Assembly (NCBI GenBank): GCA_013239625.1
Contig: MU056000.1
Coordinates: 9,556,232 to 9,620,231, forward strand
DNA: 64,000 bases
Reading direction: 5' to 3'
DNA from: Lama guanicoe
Lineage: Eukaryota
Part shown: positions 13,621 to 26,049 of the stretch, piece after piece
How positions within the stretch are numbered: the stretch's first letter is position 1
How the letters are laid out: every line of letters begins with the position of its first letter
Position numbers and translations under genes: made by a program
Notes under the pieces: model-generated
Seen by the model: the letters and a program-made list of their open reading frames with translations, nothing else
Database searches by the model: none
Told to the model about the DNA's origin: nothing

Positions 13621-13996
13621 GGTATATTCACTTACTAAGGCTGACATAACCAAGTATCACAGACTAGGTGGCTTAAACAACAGAAATTTATTTTCTCACA
13701 TTCCTGCAGGCTGGCAGTCCAAGATCTAGGAGTCAGCAGGGTCTGAGATCTCTCTCCATGTCTTACAGACGGCCGTCTTCTCCCTGTGTCTTCACAGGAT
13801 CTTCCTTCTTTGTCTGTGTCCTAACTTGCTCTTCTTATAAGAACAGCATCTTATTGTATAGCGCCTGTCCTAATGATCTTATTTTAACTTAATGACTTCT
13901 TTAAAGATCCTACCTCCAAATACAGTCACACACTGAGGTGCCAGGGGTTAGGACCTCAACATATGAATTTGAGGGAACACAACTCAACCCATAACA
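13621..13996 (-). mobile_element. MaLR solo LTR (MLT1A/B-type)
   Basis: cagactaggtggcttaaacaacagaaatttattttctcaca...acacaactcaacccataaca. Confidence 0.9.
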
Positions 13997-14751
13997 GCAA
14001 CGGTGGACTCGGGAGAGGGAGGGAGAAGACGATAAATTAAGTTTGGAATATGTTGAATTAAGGCAATATCAAGACAGCCTCCTACAATGTCCTGCTGTGA
14101 TGATTTCTAAGTAACAAACTTATTTTCAATCCCCACGTGATGATGTATTTGTTTTAGGTACTGTCAGTGCAATTAAATGTCGGGAATTTTGGAAGTCAGT
14201 TTCCTATGGATCTCTCAGCCCAGAGAGGCTCCTCATTCACTTTACTAGTCTACACCTTATTACACTACACCGAAATGTCTCACATTGTGTTCCACAGATC
14301 ATAAGCCCCACAAAATGTTCTGCAGTAAGAAACTTCCTGTTGCCAAATAACTTGGGGATCCAGCATTCCATGGTATCCTTCCTGGAGAACCACAACACAC
14401 GTTGGAAAAGGTATTCATGTCTTTCAGTAAAGAAACAACAGAATGTGTGTTGCTTAATCTTCATTTCCAATGCGATTTGAATTTGTCCATGAAACGCTTT
14501 TTTAATACACTGTTTATTAATATCCTACTGAATAGGTTTTTGTGAAAAGCTGTTCTTAGACCTGTTTTGAAACCCATATTCTTGCCTCAATTTCATAAAT
14601 CAACCCCAAGATTAGGATTTTGAGTGTGACATCAGCTGATCATGAGAAGACCCTCTAACACCTGGCAGTAACGTTCTTCGCTGAGAGCACCAATGTCATA
14701 GAACCTGTGTGGGCAGATTAGGTAACAATGCCAGCTAGGCTCTATTACCCC

Positions 14752-15246
14752 ATGACAGGCAGGATAATGGCCTCCCCCAAAATGGCTAAGTCCTAATCTC
14801 TAGAACCTGGAATATGTTATATTATATGGCAAGCAGAAACTAAGTTTGCAAATAGTTAAGGTTGCTAATTATCCAACTTTAAGATAAAGAGAGTATCCTT
14901 CATTTCCCAAGTGGGCCTGGATAATTGTAATCATAATTCCCCTTAAAAAGGTCAGAACTAGAGATATGGCAGCATGAGAAGGACTCCACTGGCCACAGCT
15001 GGCTTTGAAGGCTGAAGCAGGCTGTGAGCCACAACGTGCAGGCAGCCCCTAAGAGCTGTAAGAGGCAGGAGAATAAATTCTTCAGTACGGCTTGAAGAAG
15101 GAACACACCTTGCCAAAACCTTGATTTTAATCCAGTGAGACCCATTTCAGGCTTCTGGCCCCCAGACCTGCAAAAGAGTAAATTCATGTTGCTTTAAGCC
15201 ACTAAATTTTGGTAGTTTGTTATTGAAGCAATAGAAAACTAACACA
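14752..15246 (+). mobile_element. MaLR solo LTR (MLT1D/E-type)
   Basis: aggcaggataatggcctccccc...ttgctttaagccactaaattttggtagtttgtta...aaactaacaca. Confidence 0.88.
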
Positions 15247-15780
15247 GAACCTCACCTAATTTAGATGGATCTTACAAATTTTTTGTTTCCAAGGGTAAGT
15301 TATATGCTTGCTAGAGAAGTTGCATAATAGGTAATTATCAGTGCTTAGTCCTCATTTTGTATGCCAGTTATGTTTTAAATATTTATAAGCTATTTTTTAT
15401 TATATGAGAGCAATAGCAAGGTCATCCTAATTACCAGATATACTTTGCAGATCAGAGAATAGTGTATCTGCTATTGGGGAATGGTGTATTTGTTGATTGG
15501 AAGTAATTTTCCAGAGCAAATTTGTGCTTAACATTAAGGTGAAAAATACTACACATCAACTGTGTGTGTTCCATTTGATTCAGTTAAACCAGGGCTCAAT
15601 CACTTCCCATGCTGAGCCCAATAATAACAATTCATTCAACAAATACTGATTGTCTTGCATGGTTCTAGGTACTGTGATGGAGACAACGTCCCTGTCCCAG
15701 TGTAGCTCACATCCCAATAGATGTAGACAGTCAATGAAGAAAGCAGACAAATAGCTAAATGATATTTGCCTCGCAAGTAT

Positions 15781-16682
15781 GGTTTATTAGATTCCTGGGG
15801 CTGCCACAACAAAGTAACACAACTGGATGGCTTTGATGGGTATTTATTTACTCATAGGTCTGGATACAAGTATGAAAGCAAGTGTTGACTGAAAAATAAT
15901 GCACAACCTAAAAGTTAAGAATTATGTTTTATTCAGCAGAGTTACTGAGGACTATAGCCCGGGAGACAGCTGCTCAGATAGCTCTGAGGGACTGTTCCAA
16001 AGAGGTAAGAGATAAGTCAGGATACATAGGAGGTTTTGCTGAGAAAACATGTAGTCAAGCATCAAAAAATTACTGCTAATCACAAAAAAAAATATGAAAA
16101 TCTCAATTTAATTATTTTGGTGCTTTTCTTTGTATAGGAGATGCAAGAGTCTGGGTTTATTGAATTATTCCTTTGATACACACCTTAACTATCTAGGGCC
16201 AGTATCCTGTTTTTCTCCATCCTAAATGCCCCTCAGGGTGCATCACTGGGGACAACTGTAGTGGCTAATGGTTTTATTGCCACAACATCTTTGGCTACTG
16301 AAACGGCAAGTGACATTCTTTTGTCCACACAAGGTATTGGCAGGGTCGGTTCCTTCTGAGAGCTGTGAAAGAGAATCTATCCCATGTCTCTCCCCTAATT
16401 TTTGTAAACCTCATGTATCACTTGGCTTGTAGATGTCACTATCTATGTCTTTATATGATATTGCTTCTGCACTTTTGTCTCTATTTCCAAATTTCCCTTT
16501 TTTATAAGGACATCAGTCATATTGGATTAGGGCTCACACCCACAGACCTCATTTTTACTTGCTCATCTACAAAGATCCTATTTCCAAATAAGATCATTTG
16601 AAGTACTGGAGGTTAGGATTTCAATATCTTTGTTGGGAGGGTGGATGATGGGAGCAAGGAGACACAATTCAACCAATTAACA
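15781..16682 (-). mobile_element. MaLR solo LTR (MLT1C-type) split by a nested ERV1 LTR
   Basis: Halves 15781-15882 and 16330-16682 rejoin at caag into a continuous MLT1 (…gaaagcaag|gtattggcagggtcggttccttctgag…). Confidence 0.85.
15883..16329 (-). mobile_element. ERV1 solo LTR (MER41-like, cetartiodactyl type)
   Basis: TG...CA termini; exact 4-bp TSD caag (15879-15882, 16330-16333); AATAAA on the minus strand near 15927; actgaggactatagcccgggagacagc resembles MER41/MER4-group LTRs. Confidence 0.85.
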
Positions 16683-19432
16683 GTGAGCAAGGAGGCTCTG
16701 AAACCAAGTAACTGGCAGCAGAGGATTTCTTCCTGGGAATGTCTCTAGCCAGCCCTCCCTGGTGTTACACTGGGAGAACCGTGGTTAATGGCATCAGCTC
16801 CAGTTGTTTTACCAAGATTATTCTTTTACTTACTCTCGCACACTCTCCCGGGGATTAGGTTCTCTCAAGTTCCTAGAATCTCTTCTTCAAATTACTGCAT
16901 GGTCTTCCCCTTCCCCAATTTCACCATTAACCTGGATCTGCATAATAACATTTAACCTGACCATCTTCCACTACAAGCAAGTCTTTTGCACTCAGGTCAT
17001 TCAGATCACAATTGACTTAGGTTTGGCTTAAGTTATATTTTCTTATCATTTGCAAATATTTTTAATCATTTCTGAAAGTGAGAGGACAATAAAACAACAA
17101 TGCACATGTTTCTGTAATGCTTTATAAGAAGCTTTCCCATAGATATTTCATATTGCGTCTCTCAACAACTCTATGAGATGTAAATTAATATCCTCCTCTA
17201 ATGCTGACAATTAGCCTCAAAGATATGACCACCCATGCCTAAGATCACGAGTTCCTCTGTGGTAGGTGTGGGATTCAAACACAAGTTGGACCGTTTTGCT
17301 GCTAAAGCATGGCTTAAGATCATCTGTCACTTGATAATATTTGGAAATGGAAAAGGCGGTCATGATGAAGGGAGAGAAAAACAAGAAAGTTACCCTACTT
17401 TCACTAGATAAAATTTTCATGAAAATCATTACTTTCTGGTGCATCACACTCCCTTTAGGGGAATTGAAAAATCACCCCTTCAGGATCTCAGGTTCCTCAT
17501 GACCATAGAGCTTATAAACTTTTCTTCCCTACAAGAGATATATCATAATCAATATTTTCCTGTACTGAACAACTCCACGTTTTACCACAAAGATCTAACT
17601 TCTAACTTAATTCTACGTAGTTCACTTTCATTCTCCTCTTACTTGGATTTTTTTTTTTAAAAATGCATATCAAGCAGAGTTTTCAGAAGGCAAATTATCA
17701 TTCTCACATGGGGGGGCTTCTCTAAATGTGCTTCAAAGGGAGCTCGATGCTGCCAAAATCACTCAAAAGGCTAACCAGTCAGTAGGTGGTTATTAATTGA
17801 GAAAGAATATTGCCTGTGTGCTCCAAAAAAAAGAAAAAGAAGAAGAAAAGGCTTACTTCTCATTAGAGCTCTACCCTCTGTTGTCTCCATGGCCTTTGTT
17901 GAAACTAGCTAGGTAGTGGGACAGTGCACAGGCTTCAGGCAAAAGGAAGAGAATACTTAGCATGAATAGGTCAAAAACTACACCCCCTCATAATGAAATC
18001 TTAGAGAGGAGCACTTAATTCCAATGCTGGAAGCTTTGAAAAGGTTAATAGCAGGGAAGACCCATGGCCAGCTGACAGTCAAGTTCGCACCTGGAGAGGG
18101 TGTGCACTCGTACTGACTGAGAAGACAGCTTCTCTCTGTCACACTACAGTGTGAAAGCGAGGAATCAGATCTCTGGCATGATTCACGCGTCTTCATTTCC
18201 TTACTCGTCGCCCAAGTTGAATGTATCCTTTGGCTTCGTTGGCTTCTCAGCATTCATTTTGATAAAATTACATGATTTCCGCTCTGAAAATCCATTGGTT
18301 TTTCCCTTTTTTTTTTTTTGTTGCTCTGCTATGTCATGCTAATAAAGCAGACAAGAACTTCTGACAAAGGGCTTATTAGAAAGTTTTACAAACAAAAACT
18401 TATTTGACATAAAAAACAGCTGCCCTGGAAACATTTCAGCATGGCCTCTAGGTTTCCCTTGAAATAGTATGAAAAAGATGAGAGGAAATGTAATCTTGTC
18501 AACCAGCTCTTTAGGAAGGAAACTTGATCGTGAGCCAAGAGTCATGACTTGCAAAGATCTCCTTACCTAATATACAAATCACCATGGTATTTAGAACTTG
18601 GCTTTTCCAAAAGGAACAGTAACAGCTGGTTAAACTCTGGCCTTTAGAGAGCTAAACTCTTAGAGATAGTTTTAAAGAGACTTTGTTCAACCACACTAAG
18701 CTATGACTGTCTTACATCTCTATAGCTCTTCACAGATAACAAAGGACCCATGTGATATCCTCTGACTCCCTTCCCCACACAACCCAAAAGGTAAACAAGA
18801 CAGGAATACTGCTATCCTCATTTTATGGAGTAAGTTGAGGCTGAGAAAGCCAGCACAATTTGCTTCAGTTTTAGTTAGTAATTGGCACAGGTGGGACTCT
18901 GGTTTTTTGCCTCCGCTAAATTATTACCCATGGATTAAAAAATATCCTCTTAGCAAAAGAACTATCACATGCTTCTTACATCATCTCTTTCTTCAGTTAC
19001 CGTTTACAAATTGATGATGCCCACGTCCAGACCTGTGGACAGACCTCCAGACTAGGCTTCTTACTGGATATCTAAACTTGGATATCCCACAAGCACCTCA
19101 AGTTTAACACATTCAAAACTAAATGGACCGTTAAACAGCCTCCCTCTCACTGTATCACCACTCGCAAAGGAATTGTTGGAGGAACTATCCAACACTAGCC
19201 AAATGCAATCCACCCCACAAATCTATTTCTATGATCGCAACATTTATACTTTGTAGCGCTTATGCCGTCACATATCTCCCCACATGGCAGTGTGTGCTTA
19301 CACACACATATGTCCCGCTCAGTATTTTGAAGTCATTGAGGGCAGCGGTCATGTACCTTTTAATTGGTGCTCATGCCATATATGGTTGTTAAAACTGATC
19401 TGAAATTCACATAACTTTTAGATTAGAAAGTC

Positions 19433-20295
19433 TTTTTTAATAAAGTTTTTATTTCAGAATTGTTTTAGATTTAGTACAAAAAGTACAAAAGTAATACAGA
19501 GAGTCTTCATACGCCTCACACAGTTTCCCCTATGATCAACATCTTACATTAGTCTGGTGCATTTGTCACAATTTAGGCACCAAAGCTGATTACTATTAAC
19601 TAAATTCCATCCTTTATTCTGATTTCTTTAGTTTACACCTAACGTCCTTTTTTTTGTTCTAGGATTCCACATTACATTCACTTGTCGCCTCTCCTTAGAC
19701 TCCTCTTGGCTGTGAGACTTTCTCTGACTTTCCTTGTTTTTGATGACTTCGACAGTTTTTAGAAAGTATTAGTCAGGTATTTTGCAGAATGTACGTTAAT
19801 TTGGGTTTGTCTGATGTTTTTCTCATAGCTAGACTATGCTTGTGGGTTCTGGGAGGACCCAAGAGGTAAGGCGCTATTCTCATCTCATGATATCAAGAGT
19901 ACATACTACCAACTTGAATAATCAGTGTTGATGCTCACCTTGATCACCTGGCTGAGGTAGTGATTGTCAGATTCTTCCACCATAGAATTATTCCCTTCCT
20001 TCTCTCTCTATTCTGTATTCTCTGAAAGGATGACCCTATGATTAGCCGACAAACAAGAGGGGGAGTTATGCTCTACCACCTTGAGGGCAGAATACCTGCA
20101 TGAATTACTTGGAATTCTGAACAGATCTTTCTCTTCTTTCCCATGTATTTATTAATTCAATTACTTATGTCAGTATTAATCCCATTACTCATGGATATTT
20201 ATTTAATACTTTGAGTTATAGTCCAATACTTCATTATTTTCTTGCACAAACTGTTCCAGCCTTGGCCACTGGGAGTTCTTTCAGTTGGAAGAACT
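19433..20295 (-). mobile_element. Ancient LINE-1 3' end (L1MC4-type)
   Basis: aacatcttacattagtctggtgcatttgtcacaat...gtcaggtattttgcagaatg...ttgcacaaactgttccagccttggccactgggagttctttcagttgg. Confidence 0.8.
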
Positions 20296-20427
20296 CTTTG
20301 TTCATAAAAATAAAAATATCATTTGTGGATGTAAGTTTGTTCTTACCCTTTAAGAAAATAACATAGGCCGTGTAATTTAGATGCGTAGGACCTGATTTTA
20401 ATGAACAAAAACATTTGGCTTTCTGTT

Positions 20428-23400
20428 TGTTTTTTTTAATCGTTGAATGGTGCATTTTATTTTATTTTTTTTGACATTTTTTATTGATTTATAATCATTT
20501 TACAATGTTGTGTCAAATTCCAGTGTTCAGCACAATTTTTCATTCATTCATGGACATATACACACTCATTGTCACATTTTTTTCTCTGTAATTTATCATA
20601 ATATTTTGTGTATATTTCCCTGTGCTATACAGTATAATCTTGTTTATCTATTCTACAATTTTGAAATCCCAGTCTATCCCTTCCCACCCTCTACCCCCCT
20701 GGTAACCACAAGTCTGTATTCTCTGTCCATGAGTCTATTTCTGTCCTGTATTTATGCTTTGTTTTTGTTTGTTTGTTTGTTTTTGTTTTTTAGATTCCAC
20801 ATATGAGCGATCTCATATGGTATTTTTCTTTCTCTTTCTGGCTTACTTCACTTAGAATGACATTCTCTAGGAGCATCCATGTTGCTGCAAATGGCATTAT
20901 GTTGTCGGTTTTTATGGCTGAGTAGTATTCCATTGTATAAATATACCACCTCTTCTTTATCCAGTCACCTGTTGATGGACATTTAGGCTGTTTCCATGTT
21001 TTGGCTATTGTAAATAGTGCTGCTATGAACATTGGGGTGCAGGTGTCATCCTGAAGTAGATTTCCTTCTGGATACAAGCCCAGGAGTGGGATTCCTGGGT
21101 CATATGGTAAGTCTATTCCTAGTCTTTTGAGGAATCTCCACACTGTTTTCCATAGTGGCTGCACCAAACTGCATTCCCACCAGCAGTGTAGGAGGGTTCC
21201 CCTTTCTCCACAGCCTCTCCAGCATTTGTCATTTTTGGATTTTTGAATGATGGCCATTCTGACTGGTGTGAGGTGATACCTCATTGTAGTTTTGATTTGC
21301 ATTTCTCTGATAATTAGTGATATTGAGCATTTTTTCATGTGCTTTTTGATCATTTGTATGTCTTCCTTGGAGAATTGCTTGTTTAGGTCTTCTGCCCATT
21401 TTTGGATTGGGTTGTTTATTTTTTTCTTATTGAGTCGTATGAGCTGCTTATATATTTTGGAGATCAAGCCTTTGTCGGTTTCACTTGCAAAAATTTTCTC
21501 CCATTCCGTAGGTTTTCTTCTTGTTTTATTTCTGGTTTCCTTTGCTCTGCAGAAGCTTGTAAGTTTCATTAGGTCCCATTTGTTTATTCTTGCTTTTATT
21601 TCTTCTAGGAGAAAATTTTTGAAATGTATGTCAGATAATGTTTTGCCTATGTTTTCCTCTAGGAGGTTTATTGTATCTTGTCTTATGTTTAAGTCTTTAA
21701 TCCATTTTGAGTTGATTTTTGTATATGGTGTAAGGGTGTGTTCTAGCTTCATTGTTTTACATGCTGCTGTCCAGTTTTCCCAACACCATTTGCTGAAGAG
21801 ACTGTCTTTATTCCATTGTATATTCTTGCCTCCTTTGTCGAAGATGAGTTGACCAAAAGTTTGTGGGTTCATTTCTGGGCTCTCTATTCTGTTCCATTGG
21901 TCTATATGTCTGTTTTGGTACCAATACCATGCTGTCTTGATGACTGTAGCTCTATAGTATTGTCTGAAGTCTGGGAGAGTTATTCCTCCAGCCTCTTTCT
22001 TTCTCTTCAGTAATGCTTTAGCAATTCTAGGTCTTTGATGGTTCCATATAAATTTTATTATGATTTGTTCTAGTTCTGTGAAATATGTCCTGGGTAATTG
22101 GATAGGGATTGCATTAAATCTGTAGATTGCCTTGGGCAGTGTGACCATTTTAACAATATTGATTCTTCCAATCCAAGAGCATGGAATATCTTTCCATTTT
22201 TTAAAGTCTTCTTTAATTTCCTTCATCAATGGTTTATAGTTTTCTGTGTATAATTCTTTCACCTCCTTGGTTAGATTTATTCCCAGATATTTTATTACTT
22301 TGGGTGCTATTTTAAAGGGGATTGTTTCTTTACTTTCTTTTTCTGTTGATTTATCGTTAGTGTAAAGAAATGCAACTGATTTTTGAACATTAATTTTGTA
22401 ACCTGCTACCTTGCTGAATTCTTCAATCAGCTCTAGTAGCTTTTGTGTGGACCTTTTAGGGTTTTCTATATATAGTAACATGTCGTCAGCATATAATGAC
22501 ACTTTTACCTCTTCTTTTCCAATTTGGATCCCTTTTATTTCTTTCTCTTGCCTGATTGCTGTGGCTAGGACTTCCAGGACTATATTGAATAGGAGTGGTG
22601 ATAGTGGGCATCCTTGTCTTGTCCCAGATTTTAGTGGGAAGCTTTTGAGTTTTTCACCGTTGAGAACTATGCTGGCTATAGGTTTGTCATATATAGCTTT
22701 TATTATGTTGAGATATGTTCCCTCTATACCCACTTTGGCGAGAGTTTTTATCATAAATGGGTGTTGAATTTTATCAAATGCTTTTTCTGCATCGATTGAG
22801 ATGATCATGTGGTTTTTGTCCTTTCTCTTGTTGATGTGATGTATTACATTGATTGATTTGCGTATGTTGAACCAGCCTTGTGTCCCTGGGATGAACCCCA
22901 CTTGGTCATGATGTATAATCTTTTTTATGTGTTGTTGGATTCTATTTGCTAAAATTTTGGTGAGGATTTTGGCGTCTATGTTCATCAGTGATATTGGCCT
23001 ATAATTCTCTTTTTTTGTAGTGTCTTTGCCTGGTTTTGGTATCAGGGTGATGGTGGCTTCATAGAATGAGTTTGGGAGTATTCCCTCCTTTTCAATCGTC
23101 TGGAAGAGTTTGAGAAGGACTGGTATGAGTTCTTCTTTGTATGTTTGGTAGAATTCCCCGGTGAAGCCGTCCGGTCCTGGACTTTTATTTGTAGGGAGGT
23201 TTTTAATTGCTATTTCTATTTCCTTTCTAGTGATCGGATTGTTCAAGTGTTCAGTTTCTTCTTGATTCAGTTTTGGTGGACAGTATGTTTCCAGAAACTT
23301 GTCCATCTCCTCTAGGTTATCCAGTTTGGTTCCATATAGTTTTTCATAATATTCTCGTATGATATTCTGTATTTCTATTTTGTTTGTTGTAATTTCTCCA

Positions 23401-24123
23401 TTTTCCTTTCTTATTTTGCTAATTTGTGCTCTCTCTTTTTTCTTCTTTGTGAGTTTGGCCAGAGGTTTGTCGATTTTATTTACTTTTTCAAAAAACCAGC
23501 TTTTGGTTTGGTTGATTTTTTCTATGGTCTTGTTAATCTCTATTGTATTTAATTCCTCTCTGATCTTTATTATTTCCTTCCTTCTGCTGCTTTTTGGGGC
23601 TTTTTGTTCTTCTTTTTCTAATTGATTCAGGTGGTGGGTTAACTTGTTTATTTGAGATTGTTCTTCTTTTTTGAGGAAGGCCTGTATCGCTATAAACTTC
23701 CCTCTTAGCACTGCCTTTGCTGTGTCCCATAGGTTTTGAGTGGTTGTGCTTTCATTATCATTTGTCTCAAGGTATTTTTTAATTTCAGCTTTGATTTCCT
23801 CATTGATCCATTGTTTTTTCAATAACATATTGTTTAATCTCCATGCTTTTCTTTTTTTCTCCTTTGTTTCTCTGTTGTTGATTTCCAGTTTCATGGCATT
23901 GTGGTCAGTAAAGATGCTTGAGATAATTTCTATCTTCTTAAATTTGTTGAGGTTTCTTTTGTGTCCAAGTACATGATCGATCCTGGAAAATGTTCCATGT
24001 GCACTTGAAAAGAATGTATATTCTATTTTTTGGGGGTGTAATGCTCTGAAAATATCCACCAAATCTAGTTTTTCTATTGTAGTATTTAATTTCTCTGTTG
24101 CCTTGTTTATTTTCTGTCTGGAA
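20428..24123 (-). mobile_element. Young 5'-truncated LINE-1 (partial ORF2, 3'UTR, A-tail)
   Basis: Uninterrupted ORF2; 3'UTR about 20473-20789 with G-rich tract; AATAAA on minus at 20480-20485; A-tails; TSD gctttctgtt at 20418-20427 and 24124-24133; TTTT/CA endonuclease-type site at 24137-24142. Confidence 0.97.
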
Positions 24124-24143
24124 GCTTTCTGTTCTTTTTTCAT
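20790..24143 (-). CDS. ORF2: LINE-1 ORF2p, N-terminally truncated (partial endonuclease, PIP box, reverse transcriptase, CCHC zinc knuckle), 1117 aa
   Basis: RIDH and TDH endonuclease C-terminal motifs, [11 protein letters not shown]-like motif, [56 protein letters not shown]; the first 7 residues (MKKEQKA) derive from flank/TSD; expression not shown. Confidence 0.93.
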   Translation of the reverse strand: MKKEQKASRQKINKATEKLNTTIEKLDLVDIFRALHPQKIEYTFFSSAHGTFSRIDHVLGHKRNLNKFKKIEIISSIFTDHNAMKLEINNRETKEKKRKAWRLNNMLLKKQWINEEIKAEIKKYLETNDNESTTTQNLWDTAKAVLRGKFIAIQAFLKKEEQSQINKLTHHLNQLEKEEQKAPKSSRRKEIIKIREELNTIEINKTIEKINQTKSWFFEKVNKIDKPLAKLTKKKKERAQISKIRKENGEITTNKIEIQNIIREYYEKLYGTKLDNLEEMDKFLETYCPPKLNQEETEHLNNPITRKEIEIAIKNLPTNKSPGPDGFTGEFYQTYKEELIPVLLKLFQTIEKEGILPNSFYEATITLIPKPGKDTTKKENYRPISLMNIDAKILTKILANRIQQHIKKIIHHDQVGFIPGTQGWFNIRKSINVIHHINKRKDKNHMIISIDAEKAFDKIQHPFMIKTLAKVGIEGTYLNIIKAIYDKPIASIVLNGEKLKSFPLKSGTRQGCPLSPLLFNIVLEVLATAIRQEKEIKGIQIGKEEVKVSLYADDMLLYIENPKRSTQKLLELIEEFSKVAGYKINVQKSVAFLYTNDKSTEKESKETIPFKIAPKVIKYLGINLTKEVKELYTENYKPLMKEIKEDFKKWKDIPCSWIGRINIVKMVTLPKAIYRFNAIPIQLPRTYFTELEQIIIKFIWNHQRPRIAKALLKRKKEAGGITLPDFRQYYRATVIKTAWYWYQNRHIDQWNRIESPEMNPQTFGQLIFDKGGKNIQWNKDSLFSKWCWENWTAACKTMKLEHTLTPYTKINSKWIKDLNIRQDTINLLEENIGKTLSDIHFKNFLLEEIKARINKWDLMKLTSFCRAKETRNKTRRKPTEWEKIFASETDKGLISKIYKQLIRLNKKKINNPIQKWAEDLNKQFSKEDIQMIKKHMKKCSISLIIREMQIKTTMRYHLTPVRMAIIQKSKNDKCWRGCGERGTLLHCWWECSLVQPLWKTVWRFLKRLGIDLPYDPGIPLLGLYPEGNLLQDDTCTPMFIAALFTIAKTWKQPKCPSTGDWIKKRWYIYTMEYYSAIKTDNIMPFAATWMLLENVILSEVSQKEKEKYHMRSLICGI

Positions 24144-24199
24144 ATTTTCCTTCTCCTTTTCTTATTTTAACAGTTGTAAAAGTATATAACCCTTACTCA

Positions 24200-24365
24200 T
24201 CTTCATATTTTACTTAACTAATTCCCATATCCAGCAGGACACGATAATGAAGGATTTTTATCTCTTTTTTACTGATGAGAAACTAAGACACAGAACTGAT
24301 AAATGGCATGCCCCAAGGCTTTGCACGCCACACTAGGGAAATCAAATCTGTGATTTATCACGCCC
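24200..24365 (-). mobile_element. MIR SINE remnant
   Basis: ttttactgatgagaaactaagacacaga...aatggcatgccccaaggc core; similar MIR cores near 17.2, 18.8, 24.9, 25.4, 26.9, 45.9, 47.6 and 60.9 kb. Confidence 0.7.
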
Positions 24366-26049
24366 AGCCGTCCTGCAGAGCTGGCTCACCATTGCCTCCC
24401 TCCCTTCTTCAATTATGGTGGGCTTTGCAATCAACGAGGTGGTTTTCATGCCCTTTGCAAAGGCTCAAGCTCTTCAGCAAAGGTCAGCCTGTGTGTTGTA
24501 TCTCCTCTGGCATGTTTTGCCTTCTTCTGCATCTAAAGCCCGACAGAGCAGGGAAATTTCTGCTGCTTCTTAGGACCACCTGGGGTTCTCAATTCTCAAC
24601 ACCCACAAGAAGCTTCGCAAACAAACTCCTTATTCTTGCCCTGATCCCACAAGACCTTTAATTCCACATCCAGTTGCCTGTTAGGTTTAGCTTCCCTTTC
24701 AAAACAAGCAGGACTCATTTCTGCTCTGAAAAGCTAAGCCCTATTAAGCCACCGTCCAACACTGATGGGAGATGAGATTCTGCATACCTGGTGCTGGATG
24801 ACACAGGTATTGACAAGGAGGATGAAGAAGGAAAAATGCACAAATGCGGTAAAAACAAAAGGTGCCTGCAGGTCTATTCAGGGTTTTGTTAATAATTAGT
24901 TTTGTGGCCTCAGGCCATCCCCTCACTCCCTCTGGACCTCAGTCCCTCCATCTGTAAAATGAAAATATTATGGAGATCAAAGCCTCCGTATCCTTGCAAA
25001 TTAAAGCCTTCACAAGAACAACTTCATTTTATGCACACGTTACTGGAATGAAATTCTCACTAACCAGCCCTTTCCGTGTGTGGCTACTCTGATATTTTCC
25101 ATTCTATTTCATATCATTTATTTCAATGTAGGTGGTGTAGGACCCAGTAATATTGATGTCCTGACCCATGAATGTATCATAGGCTGCAGTTCAAAAAGTC
25201 TTGGGGCTTCATGGTATCTGAGATGCTGCCTGGCACTCACTCACCAAACTTCTAAATCAGAGTTGGAAGAGAGATTTATTGTCAGAGCCACCCTCTACAT
25301 CCCGTAATCCTGTCCACTTGCCCTGGATTTTTTCTTCCTGACTCTGCATGAGCTGTGTGACCTGGAGCAAAGCACTCAACTTTCTGAGCCTCAGTGTTTT
25401 GATCTCTGATAAAGGTCCTGTTATGACCATATTAGATAACGCAAGTAGCAGTGCTTCAACATTTTATACAAAATATATGGTGTTATTTTTGTTATAAAAG
25501 ACTGGAGGAAAAAATTCTTCTTGTTCAGGATGAGGTATCTTCTATGAGGAGGGAAGGTGAGCAGTGCAGACTTCCCAGCAGAGGGATCATGGGGAGCCAG
25601 TTAAATTCTTGTACACTTTTGGGCATAGCTCTCTCTCAGTGATGCCAACTGGCTGTATTTTGAGGACGCTGTAGGTTACATGGAGGCTGAGAGCTAGTCA
25701 GACTCTTAGATACCCCCCCAAGTGTACACATGAAGTTGCTAGCAAATTGCAATAACAATATTTAATTTTATCATGTAAGTGTCTGTCATACATTATAAAA
25801 CAGAGAAATGATAATAAAAATAAACAACAGAATCTCCTTCAAATTCCTTTTCACTCCGCCTAGAAATCTCTCTCCAGGAATTCTTCAATCTGTGCGAGTG
25901 TGGTTTCTTACTTGTCCCCACCTCCACATCCACCCATTCCAGCACATCAATCTCCAGACCCCTCAGCCATCCAGAAGTGTTTTCCAGCATGAGAAAAGCC
26001 CAGCCCAACCAAGGCAACGGGCCAGCTATCAGCAGATGTCATCTTTAAA

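Noticed and set aside
21292..23976. Plus-strand ORFs 21292-21852, 21816-22013, 22411-22767, 23359-23625, 23740-23976 (and minus ORFs at 63329-63998)
   Set aside because: Antisense shadow frames of L1 ORF2; low-complexity F/S/I/L composition
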